Source of the DNA: Felis catus
Taxonomy: Eukaryota
Direction: 5' to 3'
NCBI RefSeq assembly: GCF_018350175.1
Contig: NC_058368.1
Coordinates: forward strand, 47,432,001-47,496,000
Length of the DNA stretch: 64,000 bases
This document shows, in pieces, positions 13,907-26,334 of this stretch. The position numbers and the translations under genes are program-made. Below the pieces are notes generated by a model. That model was not told where the DNA came from. It did no database searches and worked only from the letters and a program-made list of their open reading frames with translations. The first letter of the stretch is position 1. Every line of letters starts with the position of its first letter.

Positions 13907-14039
13907 GGGCAGTTTTCTTCCAGCCCTATTCAGGGGAGCACAAAAAAATACAGTTTGGGAAGTATAACCAGCCCTTCACCTATTTCTTCACCCACTTTCT
14001 CGCCAATTGCACTTCAAATAGGAAAGACTCCGCTCTCGG
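13907..14039 (+). CDS. BORA: BORA exon 9, GQFSSSPIQ...GKTPLS
   Basis: AG/GT boundaries; 133 nt; SSP polo-box docking motif. Confidence 0.96.
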
Positions 14040-15360
14040 GTATGTCTCAGAATAAAATACCTATTTGAAATTTCATGTTACTATTATTTGTTATTAAAGA
14101 GGTTCTTTTTTAGCTTGTTCGAACTATAGAGCTCTAACTAGGTGAGCTCCACTCACCTTCTGAAATTTAGTAACTGGCTTTTTAATAAAAGGAACAATTT
14201 GCCTTCAAAAACTGGATTCTGAGCAAAGTTCTGTGCTACTATTAAACACAGGTAATCTGATTAGCAGTATTACATCAAGCATTCTTATAAAGGGAATCAA
14301 AGAAAGATGGCAATTTTAGAGTTCAGTTGGTTTCTGTATGCCTTCTGACCTGTAGGGTCAGGCTTTGGTAATCAGATATTCATATTTTGTAAAGATACAT
14401 TTGAGTAAGGTTTTAAGGTATAGTGTGTGGAGATTTATATATTTCTCTTTACACTATATCAGTATCTCTGAAAAAAATTATAGCTTCTTTTGAAAAAATT
14501 CACAATCAAAAGCTATTCATAATAAATAAAATTGGAAACCTAAAAACTACTTTTATGTATGTATGTGTACTTTTGTACATACTTTTGTACATACTTTATG
14601 TATGTATGTGTACTTTTATATAAATACTTACACATGTACTTTTGTGTGGAGATAGACATACACGGACCACAGTTCTGTATTCTGCTTTTTTAGCAAAGTA
14701 TGGTATCATGAATATTTTCATAGGTCATTGAAATCATTTATTTTTATTTTTATTTTTATTTTTATTTTTTATTATTGAAACAAAGATTTTGAATCACTAT
14801 ATAATATCCCATATCATGGATGCATCATTTGTTTTCAGCCATTGATAACTTTTAAAATGTTTCTAATTTTTCTTTATCAAAAACCTGATTATTTTTGTAT
14901 TTACATTGTACTGTACATATTTATATTTTTAGGTTAAATTCTCAGAAGTAGAATTATTTGATCAAAAGGGGTGAATGTTTTTAAGGCTCTGGATGAATTT
15001 TATCAAATTTTCTACATAAAAGTTTGTATCAGTCGAAATTTTTATCAACAGTATGTAAGAAAGTCAGTTTCTCCCATCTAGAAACACTGGTATTACCATT
15101 CTTTGTGAGGTTTCTTAGTTTGGTATATTACAAAAATGCCTCTTACTGATTTTTGTATCTTTAATTATGATGATATTGAACTCTTTCTGAATATTTATTG
15201 GCCATTTATTTGGGGGGAGGGATTCTTAGTATTTTACTGTTTTTGTTGAATAAATGCTTTCTTATTGCTTTAACTTCAGTATTTTTTATTGTTTGTGTGG
15301 CTGAACACTTCGTATGTTTATTTACCATTGGGAGGATTGGTTATGGGATCTTGCCTATTT

Positions 15361-15569
15361 TTTTTTTTGAATGTTTGTTTATTTTTGAGAGAGAGAGAGA
15401 GAAAGAGAGCGAGCAGGGAAGGGGCAAAAGTAAGGGAGACACAGAATCTGAAGCAGGCGCCAGGCTCTGAGCTGTCAGCACAGAGCCCAACATGGGGCTC
15501 GAACCCACGAACTGTGAGATCATGACCTGAGCCATAGTCGGACACTCAGCCAAGTCACCCTGACACCCC
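15361..15569 (-). mobile_element. Can-SINE
   Basis: SINEC body; TSD TTGCCTATTT. Confidence 0.9.
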
Positions 15570-15708
15570 TTGCCTATTTATTTAATTTTTGTTTTCATTA
15601 AGCCAATGAAGTTCTAAGAAGTATTACATTGTAAAGCATTTTTATCATTTTGATTATCATTGTTAAGGTCTTTGACTCATTTTGTTTTGTTTTAAATATT
15701 TACTTATT

Positions 15709-16142
15709 ATTTTTTTTTTTAATTTTTTTTTTCAACGTTTATTTATTTTTGGGACAGAGAGAGACAGAGCATGAACGGGGGAGGGGCAGAGAGAGAGGGA
15801 GACACAGACTCGGAAACAGGCTCCAGGCTCTGAGCCATCAGCCCAGAGCCTGATGCGGGGCTCGAACTCCTGGACTGCGAGATCGTGACCTGGCTGAAGT
15901 CGGACGCTTAACCAACTGCGCCACCCAGGCGCCCCTTATATTTACTTATTTTTGAGAGAGAGAGGCAGGTGCAAGTGGGGAAGGGCCAGAGCAGAGGCAG
16001 GGCTAGGGGTGGGGTAGGCAGAAGATCCGAAGGAGGCTCTGCGCTGACCGCGAGCTCGATGCAGGGCTTGAACTCACAAGCCTTGAGATCATGACCTGAG
16101 CTGAAGTCAGACACTCGACCGACTGAGCCACCCAGGCGCTCC
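15709..16142 (-). mobile_element. Two nested Can-SINEs (young copy 15709-15935 in the tail of an older copy)
   Basis: Two heads; TSD ATATTTACTTATT at 15696-15708 and 15938-15950. Confidence 0.9.
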
Positions 16143-16664
16143 ATTAAATTCTTTGTTATTGCAAATACTATTCTACAGTTTTTTGCTTGCCTTTTAACAA
16201 ACTGCTTGTAGTATTTCACGAGGTTTTTACCTACTTCATTTACCAGGTACAGCTATTAACTTGTAGCTGTCAGCTGATTTATCCAGTATTTTCTTTGTAT
16301 ATGAATAGTATTGTTACTATAATAATATTGTATATGAATATGTAAATGAGTAATATACAATGTTAATATAATATACAATATATTATAGTAGCAATATGTT
16401 TATGAAGAAATAATTCTCAGGAAGTGAATTATTTTGATAATTGAAAGGAAGTACCAGAGGAATTCTTTTTGAAGAGTCTTACCCTACTTAAAGAGACACA
16501 TTCATTTGCACTGTTGTTTTTAACACCTAAATGTCACTTAAGTAAATAGTACAGTGTTACAGAAATTCAATTTTTCTGGCATTAAAACACGATAATTACC
16601 ATTCAGTAATGTCTTTTCCATTTGTATGTTTTTGTGATGTAATTTTTCCTTTCCAATCTTTTAG

Positions 16665-17272
16665 AACAAAGGAAGTTTACTTTTCATTCTCCTGATAATT
16701 CGTCTGGAACAACAAATTCTAACGGAATTACTAATCCATGCATCAGAAGTCCTTATATAGATGGTTGCTCACCAATTAAGAATTGGTCTCCAATGAGACT
16801 CGAAATGTGTACGGGTAGTACTCAGTATCGGACCTCACTGATTCGGATACCCTTTCCTCTTGAGGCTCACGGTGAAAATGAAGACCAAGTGAATCTTCCT
16901 CCCACGGATGCCTCATCACCAGCCATGGACACCGCTGCACACCTGCGGCAGTTGGACAGTGACACTTCTCCACGTGGCACACGTGTAGTAGTGACCGCCA
17001 TGTCTATCACACAGAATCAGTCCAGTGCTTCTGAGAAAGAATTAGCACTGTTGCAGGATGTTGAAAGTGAGAAGGAGAACAACACTGTGGACATGGTTGA
17101 TCCTGTAGAGATAGCAGATGAGAACACTTGGATTAAGGAGCCAGTTGATAATGGGAGTTTGCCCATGACTGATTTTGTGAGTGGGATTGCCTTCAGTATT
17201 GAAAACTCTCACATATGCATGTCACCTCTTGCAGAAAGCAGCGTCCTTCCTTGTGAAAGCAGTAACATTCAG
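16665..17272 (+). CDS. BORA: BORA exon 10, EQRKFT...PCESSNIQ
   Basis: AG/GT boundaries; 608 nt, open throughout; overlaps ORF 16793..17281. Confidence 0.97.
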
Positions 17273-17376
17273 GTAAGATAATTTAATATTCTGGAGTCCT
17301 TTACTTTCTCCTGTACTCTGTTTTTCTCAAAGATTGTACTAAGAAAGAAAATGGGTTAAATGTGAGGACTGTAGCA

Positions 17377-17543
17377 GGAGCCCTTGGGTGGCTCAGTCGG
17401 TGAAGCGTCCCACCTTGGCTCAGGTCATGAGCTCACAGTCCATGGGTTCGGGCCCTGCATCAGGCTCTGTGCTGACAGTTTGGAGCCTGGAGCCTGTTTC
17501 AGATTCTGTCTCCCTCTCTCTCTGCCGCTCCCCCACTCGTACT

Positions 17544-17585
<42 letters not shown>

Positions 17586-17617
17586 CTCAGAAAATAAACA
17601 TAAAAAAAATTTTTTTT
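17377..17617 (+). mobile_element. Can-SINE with (CT)n
   Basis: SINEC body; 19-bp TSD AAATGTG(AG/GC)GACTGTAGCA. Confidence 0.92.
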
Positions 17618-18103
17618 AAATGTGGCGACTGTAGCATTATGTAACATTAAAAAAAAATATCCATACATGGTGATACTAAGAGGGTTAGTTGTTTTTTTTA
17701 ATTTGGACTGATGGTGCGTATTTAGTATTCACGTTAACTGATACTTATTCGGAGTAAGAAAGGATGACAGCAGAAAAGAAATCAAGCTGCTCTGTTTCTA
17801 CTGAGTGCTAGGGTCAGGCAACCTCTCAGGATTCATCTCCCCCTCTCGTGTGAAGCTAGCGCCAAGGAAATTCAATTCCCGGTAAGGTACTTGTCTTGTA
17901 AAATTTCAGTAGTTCTATTTTTCCTTTATATGGTTTGGGAAGAAAAAAACAAGTTAAAGGACTTTTATGTATATGCTTTTTGTACTTTTTAAAAATGATT
18001 TATAACCAACATTTTTCACTTAATCACACATTTCCAGTTTGCAGTATCTGACAACAGGAAAGCATGATTCATTTGACAAGTAAACTTCATAGCCAGCACT
18101 TAC

Positions 18104-18304
18104 TTTTTTTTTTAAGTTTATTTATTTTGAGAGAGAGAGAGAGCACAAAGAGAGAACAGAGAGAACAGGAGAGAGAATACCAAGCAGGCTACACACGGTG
18201 AGTGCAGAGCCTGATGGGAGGCTCGAATCCGCAAACCGTGATCTCATGACCTGAGCGGAAATCAAGAGTCAGACGTTTAACCAACTGAGCCACCCAGGCG
18301 CCCT
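18104..18304 (-). mobile_element. Can-SINE
   Basis: TSD GCCAGCA(C/T)TTACTTT. Confidence 0.9.
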
Positions 18305-18352
18305 GCCAGCATTTACTTTCAGAAAGACATTTGTTCCATTAATTGCCATAGT

Positions 18353-18553
18353 TTTTTTGGTTTGTTTTTTTGAGAAAAAGAGTGCGAGCAGGGGGGTGGG
18401 GGGAGGGAGGGGCTGAGGAGAGAGAGAGGGAACCTTAAGCAGACTCTATACTCAGCATGCAGCCCAACACAGGGCTCGATCCCACAAAGCTGGGATCATG
18501 ACCTGAGCCAAAATTGAGTCCGATGCTCAACCATCTGAACCACCAGGCACCCC
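18353..18553 (-). mobile_element. Can-SINE
   Basis: TSD AATTGCCATAGT. Confidence 0.88.
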
Positions 18554-18619
18554 AATTGCCATAGTCTTTGAGCTGAGAACTTTAAAATAGTCAAAAAGGC
18601 AGTTCTCACCTGCCATTTC

Positions 18620-18865
18620 ATAGTAACAACATTTAACAGTTATGTAGCTCTTAGTGTATGCCAGGCGTTATTCTGAGTACTCTACATATGTTAATTTATT
18701 GAATCTTCACAACAGCCCTATGAAATAGGTGGACTGTTGTCCCCATTTTACAGAGGAGGAAACTGAGGGTCAGAGAGGTTAAGTAATTTACCTATATCGC
18801 TAATAAGTGGTGGTGCAAGATTTGAATCCTGGCAATATGGCTTTAGAGTTCATGTTATTTAATCC
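18620..18865 (-). mobile_element. MIR
   Basis: CCCATTTTACAGAGGAGGAAACTGAGG core. Confidence 0.8.
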
Positions 18866-19989
18866 AGATTTGGACGGACTTCTAGTAATAGCTAACACGG
18901 ACACAGTGCTTCAGTGTGTCAGGCGCTCTCCCAACCACCTTATCTGTAGTCATTCATTTAATTCTCCTACCACCCTATAATGCCCTAGTGCTGTCAGGTT
19001 TGGAATGCTAAAGTTTAAAACTCACAGGGGGATCCTGAATGACCCCAAATTAAATATAATCATCTGCTCAGATTTTTATGTCTATAATGGTCTCTCCTGA
19101 CTTCTAGGATCATTGCTCAGGAAAAATACACTAGAATCACTTTTATATATTTTAGCTTCTAAATTTGGTTCCTATATGAAAAAGCACTTAGAGTCAAACT
19201 TAGCCTTCAAGGTATTGTTAACTTCTTTTTCTCTCTCTCTTTTCCTCACTACCTTTTTTTGTTTTTCCAGAGCATTTATAGAAGGATCATAAAATGCTTT
19301 CACTGCCATACACTTTGATCATCTAATTCAACTACCCATTGGAAGCCTATATCACTACTAAATTATCATCCACTGTCTGCTTGAGTACCTGCCAGGGGTA
19401 TTCTGGTCCATTTTCGGGCTTCTCTTATCATTGCAATCTCTTCCCCACATTGAGATAAAATATGCTTCTGTCTGTGATATCTTATCTACCAGTCAGTTTC
19501 AGTTTTACCCTTTGGGCCATATCATAATCTTAACCTTTTGCAGAGCATTTTGTAGTTTAAAAATGTTTTCAGGTGTTCTTGTCTTCCTACCGCAAAGGTA
19601 GCTTCTAAACATTTGAAGACAGCCACATTTCCCCAGGGTCTCTTGACTTGCTGGGTGGACGGATTGGCCTCCGCGTGTGGTGGTGCACAGCTGTCATTCT
19701 AGAATCTCCCTTCATCAGACTGGGAATTCTCTTCCCCTTTCCTGTGTTCTGTCTCCTGTTTTCTACATTCCATCCTTCTCTTTCCTGGTTTACCTCACAC
19801 TTTACTGGAACAAATTTTCTGGTATCTTTGTGAGGAGAAGTACATTTTTTAGATACTGCATGCCTGATCGTGTATTCTTCATTCTCTCACATGAGAGTTT
19901 GGAAATAATTATCCTTCAGACTTTGAAGGCATTGTTTCATTGATTTTCTTTCATGATTGCTGTTGACATATCTGAAGCCATTTTAAAAA

Positions 19990-20190
19990 ATATTTTTAAT
20001 GTTCATTTATTTTTGACAGAGACGGAACATTAGCGGGGGAGGGGCAGAGAGGGAGTCACAGAATTCGTATCAGGCTCTAGGCTCTGAGCTCTCAGCGCAG
20101 AGCCCTCCATGGGGCTCGAACCCACCACCCATGAGATCATGACCGGGGCCAAAGCCAGATGTTTACCCGACTGAGCCACCCACGTGCCCC
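19990..20190 (-). mobile_element. Can-SINE
   Basis: SINEC body; TSD TGAA(G/A)CCATTTT. Confidence 0.88.
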
Positions 20191-22730
20191 TGAAACCATT
20201 TTAATACTTAATCTTTTGTAAATGGTCTCTTTTTACCCAGCCCTGGACATAAATGGATCTTTTCTTTGTCTACAGTGTGCGGAGATGTCCGTGCTTCTTT
20301 GGAGTGGGTACCTTTTCGTCTGTGGTACTGGCACTCAGCAGGTCTTTATGACCTGTAAACTCGTGCCCTTCACTTGGATCTTTTTATCCTAGATTTCTCC
20401 TGTCTCGCTTTCCTTTCTGGAATTTCCTTTTAATTCTCCAGTTTTTAAAATCTTTTCACTCTATTTTTTATCTCCTTTTCTAATTTTGGGGGAGTTTCTT
20501 CATCTTTATATAGTAATCCTTCTATTATGTTTTTGTTTCTGCACCTTTCATTTCTAAGGTTTTTGGGGGGCCAGGGAGTTGTTTTTTGCTTTTGGTATCT
20601 AAATATCTGTAGCATGACTGGCAAGCATCGCATGGTCTGGCCTTTGCCTTACTCATCGGCTTCATTTTATTTTCCTTCCCTTTGTTTCAGTCACATTAGC
20701 TTTCCAGAGTTTTAAATAGCCACGTTCCCTCTTGTCAAAAGAGCCTTTCCACACACTGTGTAGAATTTCTGTCCCTCCCACTTTACTTAGTTAACTCCTA
20801 TTAGTCTTTTAGTTCACAACTTAATGGTTCCATCCTCAAAGGAGTCCTCCCTGATCACTGTAGCCAAGCCAGATCTCATTATATGCTTTCATAATTCCCT
20901 GTACGCTTTGCATTCTTGCCAGTCAGACCATCTATCACGCAATCATGTATGTTTGTGTTTATCCCAGAGCTTATGTAATAGCTACTCGTTAAATATTTTG
21001 GAATCAAAACAGAATGGATATAGAGGTAAGTTCAACCAGAAGGACTGTATAAAGTCAGAACACTGATCCAGCGTTTTGACCCCTGAGGGAAAGGTTTGGT
21101 GAAGGAAGCAGAGCCCCCAAAGGAGACTGAGAAGGACCAGGCGGCGGTGGGGGGAAGAGGGGGACACGAGGAAAGCACAGTGTCATGGAACATCTTAAGG
21201 AAAGAAAGGTTAGTACTACGAAAGTAAGGGCAAGGGATATAGAGCTTGAAAAGTAGCTGTTGAATTAATAACAAGTAATTTGGTGAGTGAGCAGCCTCAA
21301 GGTGGGGAGGTGAAAAGTGAATGGAAGGAAGGTAAAGGAGGTGAAGGAATGATACACTATGTGTAGATAACTCTTTGAAGAACATTAGTTGTGAAGGGGA
21401 GGGTTGCCATAGCTAGAGAAGAACATTAATGTCCAAGATCGTTTTGTAGTTTCTTTTTTAACTTTGTTTTTCACTTTAGATGGGGGAACTAGCATATTTA
21501 ACTGGAGAAGGAGAAGAGTAAAAAGAACAAAGAAAACCAGAAATTGGGCACGATAATTATTAATAATAGGTATCAATTATGTATCCTTTTGAAGTATGAG
21601 AGACCAGGGCGAGTATCTCACAGTTAGAATCTAATCCTCATGATACCTTCCAGCATATGTGATAAATATAATCTGTAAAAAAGTGATGAATTTTATATAT
21701 GAAGGAACCAAGGCGTGCAAGATGGGATAGACTGTAGAGCTCTGGTGGGGGATTAGCACAAGTGACCCTTCCACTTTTGTAGGGGGCGGGGGGCTGGGGT
21801 GGACATGGGTGCACATATTTGTAGCTGGGGCTAGCATGGCTTTAAGGGCCTTGGGCTTGGGAAAGCAAAATGGCAGATTTCAGCTGATTTACTAGCTCAG
21901 TCAGTTTTCTCAGTTTCAGGAAGTGAGAGCTTCTGTGACCTTGTTCCCTCTTATTGACAACAAGAATAGGAGGGTTGTAGGCTAATAGTTTGGTCATTGA
22001 ATAGAGTTCACGTGAGTGTACTTTCAGTGCACTGCCTTAACTAATGGGAGACAAAGTCTTCTGTGACAAGTAGCGAGCAAGAGGGACAGAGGACGAGGAA
22101 GAGGAGGATGGTGAGGGAAGGGTGAAAGTGCGGAGGCCTGATTTCAGGGAATGGACTACAAGCCACAACTCTTGCCAGCTGCCAACCTGAACCTGGAAGG
22201 TTTTTGAAAGACCACATCTGATTCATGTGGGGGAAAAATATAGTAATTGTGTAGGGTGATGGCAGTAGAAACACCATTTAAAGGCAGCGTAGTCCAACTG
22301 GAAGCAGATCTACATAGCATTCAGAACTCAGTTTGAATTAGAGTTTGGTCATTTACATGCTGTGGGATCTTAAGACAAGGTTCACTTGACAGTGAGTAGA
22401 GCGTGAGTTTTTAAGCTAAAAAAGCACCTCATCTACAGCTAAGAACTACTATAAAATGTTTCTGATGCCCCTGATGCCTGTGGGAAGTTACGAGATGATG
22501 TGTACTGTCTAGTTGGCCTGTGGTACGCATCATTAGTAGTGGTCTCGATGAGAGCCAATGCGGTCAGCCAGCATCTCATGGGGCCGCCCGTTGATTATTC
22601 TCTTCCTGTGGAGTGGGACAAACTCCTGTGCCTGTCTTACTCCCTACTGTATTCACTTTTCCCTTGATGTATTACTATTGAGTTCCCTAAGCCAGTTGTT
22701 TGGCGCTAGTGATAAAAGTGTAATTGGCAG

Positions 22731-22918
22731 GGGGGCCTGGGTGGCTCAGTCATTTGAGCATCTCACTCTTGACTTTGGCTCAGGTCATGATCCCAGGGTG
22801 GTGGGGTCGAGCCCCGCTTTGGACTCTGTGCTAATTGTGGAACCTGCCTAAGATGGTCTCTCTTCTCTCCCTCTCCCCCTCTCCCCCACCCTCTCCCTCT
22901 CAAAAATAAAATAAAAAA
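22731..22918 (+). mobile_element. Can-SINE
   Basis: Head GGGGGCCTGGGTGGCTCAG; A-rich tail. Confidence 0.88.
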
Positions 22919-24149
22919 TGAGTAATTGTCAGCTCCTCTGGAAGCAATCTGGTAATTATATTTTTGATCAAATAGCTGTTGAATGGCAACACAACCAGGT
23001 GTTTCCCCTAGAATGTAATGGAAGGTTGTTTTTTTTTGTCTTTGTTTTAGGTGTTTTAGGTGTTTAGGTTATTCAAATACAATGTTACTCCCAGTGGTCA
23101 ACACATAGGCATCCATCTCTGAAAACTGGAAACATTTTTCTTAAGATTATGAATGCACATAGGATATTACTTAGGATATACTGATGTTGGTGATGGGGAC
23201 AAAAATACACAATCTTTTCCTTCCTTCTGAACCTAATTTGCAAGAAAGAGTTTAAGTGCAGGGTGAATCCCTCCCCTTGTGGGGTTTTGTGTTTGGTGCT
23301 CAGCACTGTGCAGGTAGATGCCGTGTGTGTGTATAGTGCACAGGGCTTGGAGCCTCAGCTCTTCATCACTGCATTCTGATACTGTGAAAGTCCCCTTTCT
23401 GACCCTTCACTTCCTCATGTGTGAAGTTAATAGGGTTGTCGCACGGACACAGTAAGAATGGCATTATACAGAGTGCCTTACAGGCCCTGGCACTTTTCTA
23501 GGCACTCAGTAAATATTTATTATACATGTGCCCAAACTGCAGTTTGCCAGAATCCCTTGTTTAATTTGGGGCTGCCAAGAGTACATCCTAGAATGCTACA
23601 GTTAATTAAAACGAAAAGTTGAACTAACACCTAGAGCCATTGTATACGTGGTATTATTATGAAGTAAGATTTGTGTGTCAGCAGTGGGTGTGAGTATAAT
23701 GTAAATGACCTTTTAAAAAATAAATTATTTTGAGTACTTTTAAAGATAGCATGCCTGTTAGTAAATCTTAGAGATACAGTCAAGCCATTCAAAGACAAGC
23801 CTGGTAAATAAATTGGAATTTGAAGTTGATTGTAATCCTCACTTTTATCTCCTGAGTGTGATCACAAGGTAACAGGAAAGCAAGTTTATACTGGCTTGTT
23901 CCCGGATTCTAAACGAAATTACAAGATATATTTTAGTAAAAGGAATGGTATAGTACCATGACTCCTTTGGAGAACAACCAGTTCTATGTAAAACTACATT
24001 TTATGTTTGCATATTACTTTTCAATTGCATTCAGTATGATCAGGAATAAATAATACATTGTTTTGTTCAGTTGTGAGTGGTAGTATATAATGATTCACTT
24101 ATATTTATATAATTATTAACTATATATTTTAAATAAATATACATAATTT

Positions 24150-24354
24150 TATTAATGTTTATTTTTGAGAGAGAGCACAAGCTGGGGATGGGCGGGGGGG
24201 GGGGGGGGGGGGGGGGCGGACATAGACTCCAAAGCAGGCTCCAGGTTCTGAGCTGTCAGCACAGAGCCTGATGCGGGACTCGAACTCACAAACTGTGAGA
24301 TCATAACCTGAGCCAAAGTCAACCACTTAACCGACTGAGCCACCCAGGCACCCC
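24150..24354 (-). mobile_element. Can-SINE with an internal G homopolymer
   Basis: SINEC body; G run 24194-24216; TSD TACATAATTT. Confidence 0.9.
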
Positions 24355-24494
24355 AATGTACATAATTTTAGAAATACATTTTATATATTTTTAATTTTAC
24401 TTATTTAAACATAAAAGAAGTTTCTCAGATTTTGTGGATAAGTGAATTAGTTTGCAGTGTTATCCTTGGTATTTTTCCTTCTCTTCCCTATCAG

Positions 24495-24611
24495 ATGGAT
24501 AGTGGCTATAACACACAGAATTGTGGAAGCAATATTATGGATACGGTTGGAGCAGACAGTGATGCACAAACCTTGGAAGTTGAGAATAAATCTCAAGTTC
24601 TTAATACAAAG
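24495..24611 (+). CDS. BORA: BORA exon 11, MDSGYNTQ...QVLNTK
   Basis: AG/GT boundaries; 117 nt; DSGYNT beta-TrCP phosphodegron. Confidence 0.96.
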
Positions 24612-24682
24612 GTATGGAAAAAATAGAGAAAGCTTGATATGGTTGTAGGTTATAAGTATTTACTAAATGTGATTTTTTTTCA

Positions 24683-24790
24683 GGGGCGCCTGGCTGGCTC
24701 AGCTGGTGGAGCATGTGACTCTTCATCGTGGGGTTGGGAGTTCAAGCACTACATTAGGTGTAGAGATTACTTAAAAATATAAACAAAAAT
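24683..24790 (+). mobile_element. Short Can-SINE variant
   Basis: GGGGCGCCTGGCTGGCTCAG...GTAGAGATTACTTAAAAA. Confidence 0.8.
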
Positions 24791-25216
24791 AAATGACCAT
24801 TTTCAATATTTTTTCCACCCCATTTTGCTTAAATTTTTTTTAATTATCATGTTTAAGCCTCATCCTATTTTCAGTTCATTTAACCACAGAACGTGCTTTT
24901 TAAATCAAAACACTTCATTTTCCTAAATAACTCTGGCTATGGGAGAGATTAAGAGGTTGGAGAGGGAGAACTAGTCCTATTTTGGAATTGGCACCTGAAC
25001 GCGTTTCCTTAAAACTAAAGGGAAAGATAGGTTTTTGCCTTTAACGTTTCAAACTGAGACTACACATCAAAATAAGAACTCTCAAAGGTTAAGTGCTTTT
25101 TTCTTAAAAATCCAAGAGCCTTTGGAGACCAGAAATAACACATACCTTACCTACTAAGTATTTGTACAGAGATATACTTTTGATTAGGACATTTACTGAA
25201 CTTTCTAGATAGGATG

Positions 25217-25220
<4 letters not shown>

Positions 25221-25247
<27 letters not shown>
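25221..25247. repeat. (TA)n microsatellite
   Basis: Direct reading. Confidence 0.9.
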
Positions 25248-25640
25248 GCATATTTGAATAAACATTAATTTTAGGCACTAATTGGGAGAATCTTTGATTT
25301 TTATATGCCAATTTATTAATGAACACAATACAGTGAACACAACTCTCCAGTGAATATGAAGATTTAATGTGGAGGCCACCTTAATTTCTCTTTCGTCCAT
25401 TTTGTCATGAGGTGGGATTGTAGTTGCCCATTTAAAAGTAAGCAAGCATTAGGATATAGGAAAACTACTCTTTTGGTTGCAGAATATGGACTTCTAGAAA
25501 ATCCTATCTTCACTTGTACCTTTAGTATTCATAAGGAAATCCTCATTCCAGTTTTAAAAAATATTCACATAATAGTTGCACACTTGGATGGTCCTATCCA
25601 AGCAGCAAATAAGGTATTTTCTGTTTTTTTCCCCCCACAG

Positions 25641-25667
25641 GAAGACCGCATAACACAGAGGTGTTGA
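25641..25667 (+). CDS. BORA: BORA last coding exon (12), EDRITQRC*
   Basis: Strong acceptor tttttttccccccacag; similar to human QDHTTQRC; TGA at 25665-25667. Confidence 0.9.
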   Translation, partial: EDRITQRC

Positions 25668-25933
25668 ATGAGAACAGCAAATCCTCCCAAGGCAGCAGTC
25701 CATAGAATAACTTCTCAGAACCAAAGACCATCAGTGAATGGCTCCTCACATATTTTTTACGCACAGGATCAATAATGTGATCGTGATTGGGAAAAAGTTG
25801 CTTTAACTAACAGGTTTAGCTTTTCTTCTTTCCCCCTTAATGTGAAAAATCAAGGGCTTAATTTAGTGACATGGGAACAACAGAAAAACTCCTGGAACTT
25901 TCAAGTCATTGAAGTACAAGTGTATTTTTTATT

Positions 25934-25979
25934 AATAAATATTTTTGTACTTACCTTGATTGATGTGTTTAACAATAAA
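25934..25979 (+). terminator. BORA poly(A) signal candidates (AATAAA at 25934 and 25974)
   Basis: Two canonical hexamers about 270-310 nt after the stop, each with TGTA upstream. Confidence 0.6.
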
Positions 25980-26334
25980 TTTGAGAGTAAGGACTTTGCC
26001 CCTATCCTACAGGGCCAGTGAACTGCTGATTAGTTAGTACACCCTACCAACAGCACTGAATTTGGCAGTAGTTGTGAGATCATGTAAAATTGTGAGGGTA
26101 CTGTTTTACATAAAACGAATTTACATTTATAACCTTTGTGAAAGAAATAGATCTTAGATAAAAAGCAAACTTAATTGAAAAAATAGAAAGATGAAGGCTT
26201 CCAGACTTTTTTGTTCTTGATTTGTTAATTTCTGTGCAGAAATTCTTGGTTCCAGTGATAGCTGTTCCAGTTACTACTTTTGAAAATGTAAACACTAGAA
26301 AGGTCCAAATAGCATCTTAGTATCACACATTATT

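Noticed and set aside
14550..14625. Short imperfect tandem repeats (TACTTTTGTACA, TATGTATG)
   Set aside because: Low-complexity slippage; not CRISPR-like and no unique spacers.
24194..24216. Long G homopolymer (also 43038-43052) as a functional G-quadruplex
   Set aside because: Expansion within the SINE simple-sequence segment; length is error-prone and there is no evidence of function.
25407..25640. ORF extending upstream in frame into the last BORA exon
   Set aside because: Intronic, no homology, and a strong acceptor at 25640 explains the exon.
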